Shown: piece after piece, positions 61,261-64,000 of the stretch
Numbering within the stretch: position 1 is the first letter of the stretch
Layout of the letters: each line of letters opens with the position of its first letter
Source: Trichodelitschia bisporula
Lineage: Eukaryota
Direction of reading: 5' to 3'
Assembly: GCA_010356995.1 (NCBI GenBank)
Contig: ML996696.1
Coordinates: 2,364-66,363, forward strand
Length of the DNA: 64,000 bases
Position numbers and translations under genes: made by a program
The notes under the pieces: model-generated
Databases searched by the model: none
Seen by the model: only the letters and a program-made list of their open reading frames with translations
What the model was told of the DNA's origin: nothing

Positions 61261-62584
61261 ATGGCTGAGAACCAGGACCAGGAACAGGAACAGGAACAGG
61301 AGAAGCGCGTCATCATCGTCGGGGCGGGGTTGGCGGGGCTGGCTATTGCGCATGGGTTGAAGAAGGTATCACTCGTATCCAACTTCAACTAAACGCCAGC
61401 TAACCTAAGGGGGTAGAATAACATCCCCCACCTAATCCTCGACCGCGAGAGTACGCCTAGGGGCCGGAACTGGGGGATTACGCTATCCTGGGCCCTCCCC
61501 CTCTTCACCGACATTCTCCCGGAACGCTTAGCGAGCAATCTGCGGCAATGCCAACCTGATTTATCACTGCCTTCTGCCGTGGCTGGCAAAAAGGGCGTTT
61601 TGATCCGGGATGGGAGTACGGGGAAGACACTTGCTGAAGCGCATTTCCCCGTAATCCGGCGGATGCAGATACAGAAGACCAAGCGCGCGTTGGCGGAGGG
61701 GTTGGATGTGAAGGCGGGGAAGAAGTTGATTGACATCAGAGTACTGGATGGGGGGGGCGTGGAAGCTATATTCGAAGACGGGAGTGTAGAACGTGGTGGG
61801 GTGGTAGTGGGGTGTGACGGCGGGGCCAGCGCGGTGCGCCGCTGGCTCCTGGGCGAGAAGCAGGCGGCGCAGGAAGTCCTCCCGTTCGCATTCATGAACT
61901 TCGCATTCTCTTTGCCCGCCGACAAGGCACGGTGGTTGGACGCGGAGATGAACCCGAGTGTAGATGTGGCTGCGCATCCGAAGGGTATGTACCTAGGCCT
62001 CTTCATCCTGGATAAACCAGACTTGGAAAAGCCGGAGGGGTGGGTGTTTTACATCCTGGCCACGTGGCCGATTCAGGGGGAGGAGGATGAGACAAATGCG
62101 GAGAATAGGCTCGAGAGACTGAGGGCGAAGATGGGCGGGTGGGCGGATCCGTATAAGAGTGTTGTGGAGTGGTTGGATGATGGGGTGCAAATTGGGAGGG
62201 ATGCGTTGCGGATTTGGCATCCGGTTCCGTGGGAGAATTTTGGGGGCAGGGTGAGTTTGGCGGGGGATGCGGCGCATAGGTACGTGCTTCCCTTTTCTTC
62301 CCCCTCTCTTGGTCTTGGAGTAGACACTGATTTGATGCCGCAGTATGACGTTCCACCGCGGCCAAGGCGGGAATCTAGCCATCAAGGACGCACATGAGTT
62401 TGTGGCTACGATGGTGAAGGTGCGCGATGGCATGCCGCTGGCAGATGCGATGCGCGTATATGACGAGGGGGTGAGGGAGAGGGGTGAGGAGGTGGAGATT
62501 AGCAAGCAGCAGGCGATTGCGTTTCATGATTTTGAAAGGTTTTTGGAGAGTCCGGTTGTTCAGATGGGGATTAAGCCGAAGTAG
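61261..62584 (+). CDS. FAD-dependent monooxygenase (class A flavoprotein hydroxylase, FAD_binding_3), spliced
   Basis: VIIVGAGLAGLAIA (GxGxxG), VVGCDGGASAVR (DG motif), VSLAGDAAHSMTFHRGQGGN (GD motif). Introns ~61366-61416 and ~62280-62343. Confidence 0.92.
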
Positions 62585-62924
62585 GTGATGGGGGGGGGGG
62601 GTAGGTTGGGGAGGGGTATTGGGGAAGGAGAGGGAGTAAAGGCATTTTTCGGTTTGTATGTTGTGTTAGAAGCATCGTGTGTTGGGAATTGGGCGAGACG
62701 TAATGGGGCACTTTCGGTGTTTTTAATGCAATGGGCTTTCGTCAACTTCGAGAGTGTGCCGCTTGCACAAGATCCGAGGCCGCCTCGAAGAGGCCAATGC
62801 TATTCCCTTCAAGTCACTCACACACATCACCACACAACACACCCAAGTTCAAAATCAATAAGCCTCAGAATTGCTACCAACCCCTCTCCCCCATTATCCA
62901 CCCCCAACCAGGCTAGACCTAGCC

Positions 62925-63259
62925 CTAGTTGTAGCACCAGTTCGGGCGCCTATCACGCGGAATATCACGGCACTCGCCGCGGCGATCGCCCCGGTCGCGG
63001 TCGTGCTCGCACTCGCGGTAGCGGTGACGCTCGTCATCTGCCCCCTCAGTCAGCTCATTCACTTCCCCCTTCAGCCTACGTACAGGGAATCCGATCGCAC
63101 GCATCAGCCGTGAGTTCCGCAGCCGCGGCGCTGGCTTCGGCGGGCGCGGGGGCAGCGAAGGCGGTTGCGCTGCGCGGGTTAGCAGGTGAAGGGATTGTGG
63201 TGAGGGGGGAAGTACCCGAGGCCCAGGAGGGCGAGAAGGAGGGTCTTGGTGAGCTGCAT
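62925..63259 (-). CDS. Small secreted 4-Cys, Arg/Asp-rich peptide precursor (80 aa, 3 exons)
   Basis: Exons 63259-63216, 63169-63084 and 63037-62925, two 46-nt GT-AG introns with branch sites, give MQLTKTLLLALLGLGATAFAAPAPAEASAAAAELTADACDRIPYDERHRYRECEHDRDRGDRRGECRDIPRDRRPNWCYN. Confidence 0.82.
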
Positions 63260-64000
63260 TTTGTACAGTGGAGTGCAAAGTCAAGGAAGGAATGTGTTTG
63301 CTGTGCTGTTGATGCTGTTAGGGACGAGAGACTGCGGTTTATATACCCGCGCCCGCGAGGCTGCGTCGCCACCAGTGGTGGTAGCCGGAGATCATGATGA
63401 TATTGCGTGTTGCGCGGCCTTGGACCTGGGAGGTGGATGAGGGGCAATATGGGAAGGGGGGATTGACGTAACCCGCTCTCTGGGGGGGGGGGAGTGGAAG
63501 GGACTAATTTTGGGGATAGAGATTTTTAGAGGAAACAGTGATTGCGTGTGAGGGCGCTGGTTTCCAGGGATTCAAACAAGCGTACCCAAGCTTTTGACGA
63601 GAAAGCTTGGGTGAGGTTAATTAAGGCTTCTCTGGGCGTGGAGGTTCTGTGCCGTTAGCGTAGGGCTGATCCGAGGACACTGGGAATGTCGTGGGAAAGA
63701 GGCTGGGTGTATCTCCGTTGCGAAATATCTCCACTTCAATCAGATATTCGGAGGCTGGCAGCTCCGCAGAAGACGGCGGGCCGTTCTTTGTCGCTCTTCG
63801 CTGCTTTGTGCCATTTCATCTCCCCCGGCCCGGTTGCTTGTCGCGAGAATCCGGGGTAGCAGGGGCCTCATAAAGGTTCAATATCACAGCCAAGAATCGG
63901 ACACTTAGAGCAACTTGCGCTGCCGTCGCGCGTGTCCAGAGCACACAAAAGCCCGGAATTTCAGGACCTATTTCCAGCGCCTGGCTCCCGTACCCAGGCC

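Noticed and set aside
59912..62584. Claim that the organism is bioluminescent
   Set aside because: Luciferase-family homologs occur in non-luminous fungi; hispidin synthase and caffeylpyruvate hydrolase are not seen here.

Overview
Gene-dense, GC-rich genomic DNA from a filamentous ascomycete (Pezizomycotina, probably Dothideomycete-like; inferred from gene content and short GT-AG introns with CTAAC/CTGAC branch points). The left end holds a Ty1/copia remnant (RNase H, PPT, 3' LTR) abutting a broken SesB-like alpha/beta-hydrolase. Recognisable housekeeping genes are COG3, an FMP25-like RCC1 protein, FIG1, apsB/Mto1, GRC3 head-to-head with RPA34, cytosolic SHMT, pyruvate decarboxylase, MED9, a CmkB-type CaM kinase and tRNA-Ser(AGA). 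Metabolic genes include an aldo-keto reductase, a carboxylesterase, an MFS transporter and a BBE-like FAD oxidase. The most unusual items are: (1) an ~807-aa secreted polyprotein (13178-15669) carrying five homologous 6-Cys modules and His/Pro-rich repeats separated by dibasic Kex2-type sites; (2) an accessory block right of the tRNA with a divergent pair of secreted PHM/DBH-like copper-monooxygenase-fold paralogs, a retropepsin-like protein, a fungal-luciferase-family gene next to a flavoprotein hydroxylase (reminiscent of luz + h3h), and an 80-aa three-exon secreted Cys peptide that the ORF track does not show. All calls come from motif recognition by eye; no database searches were run.
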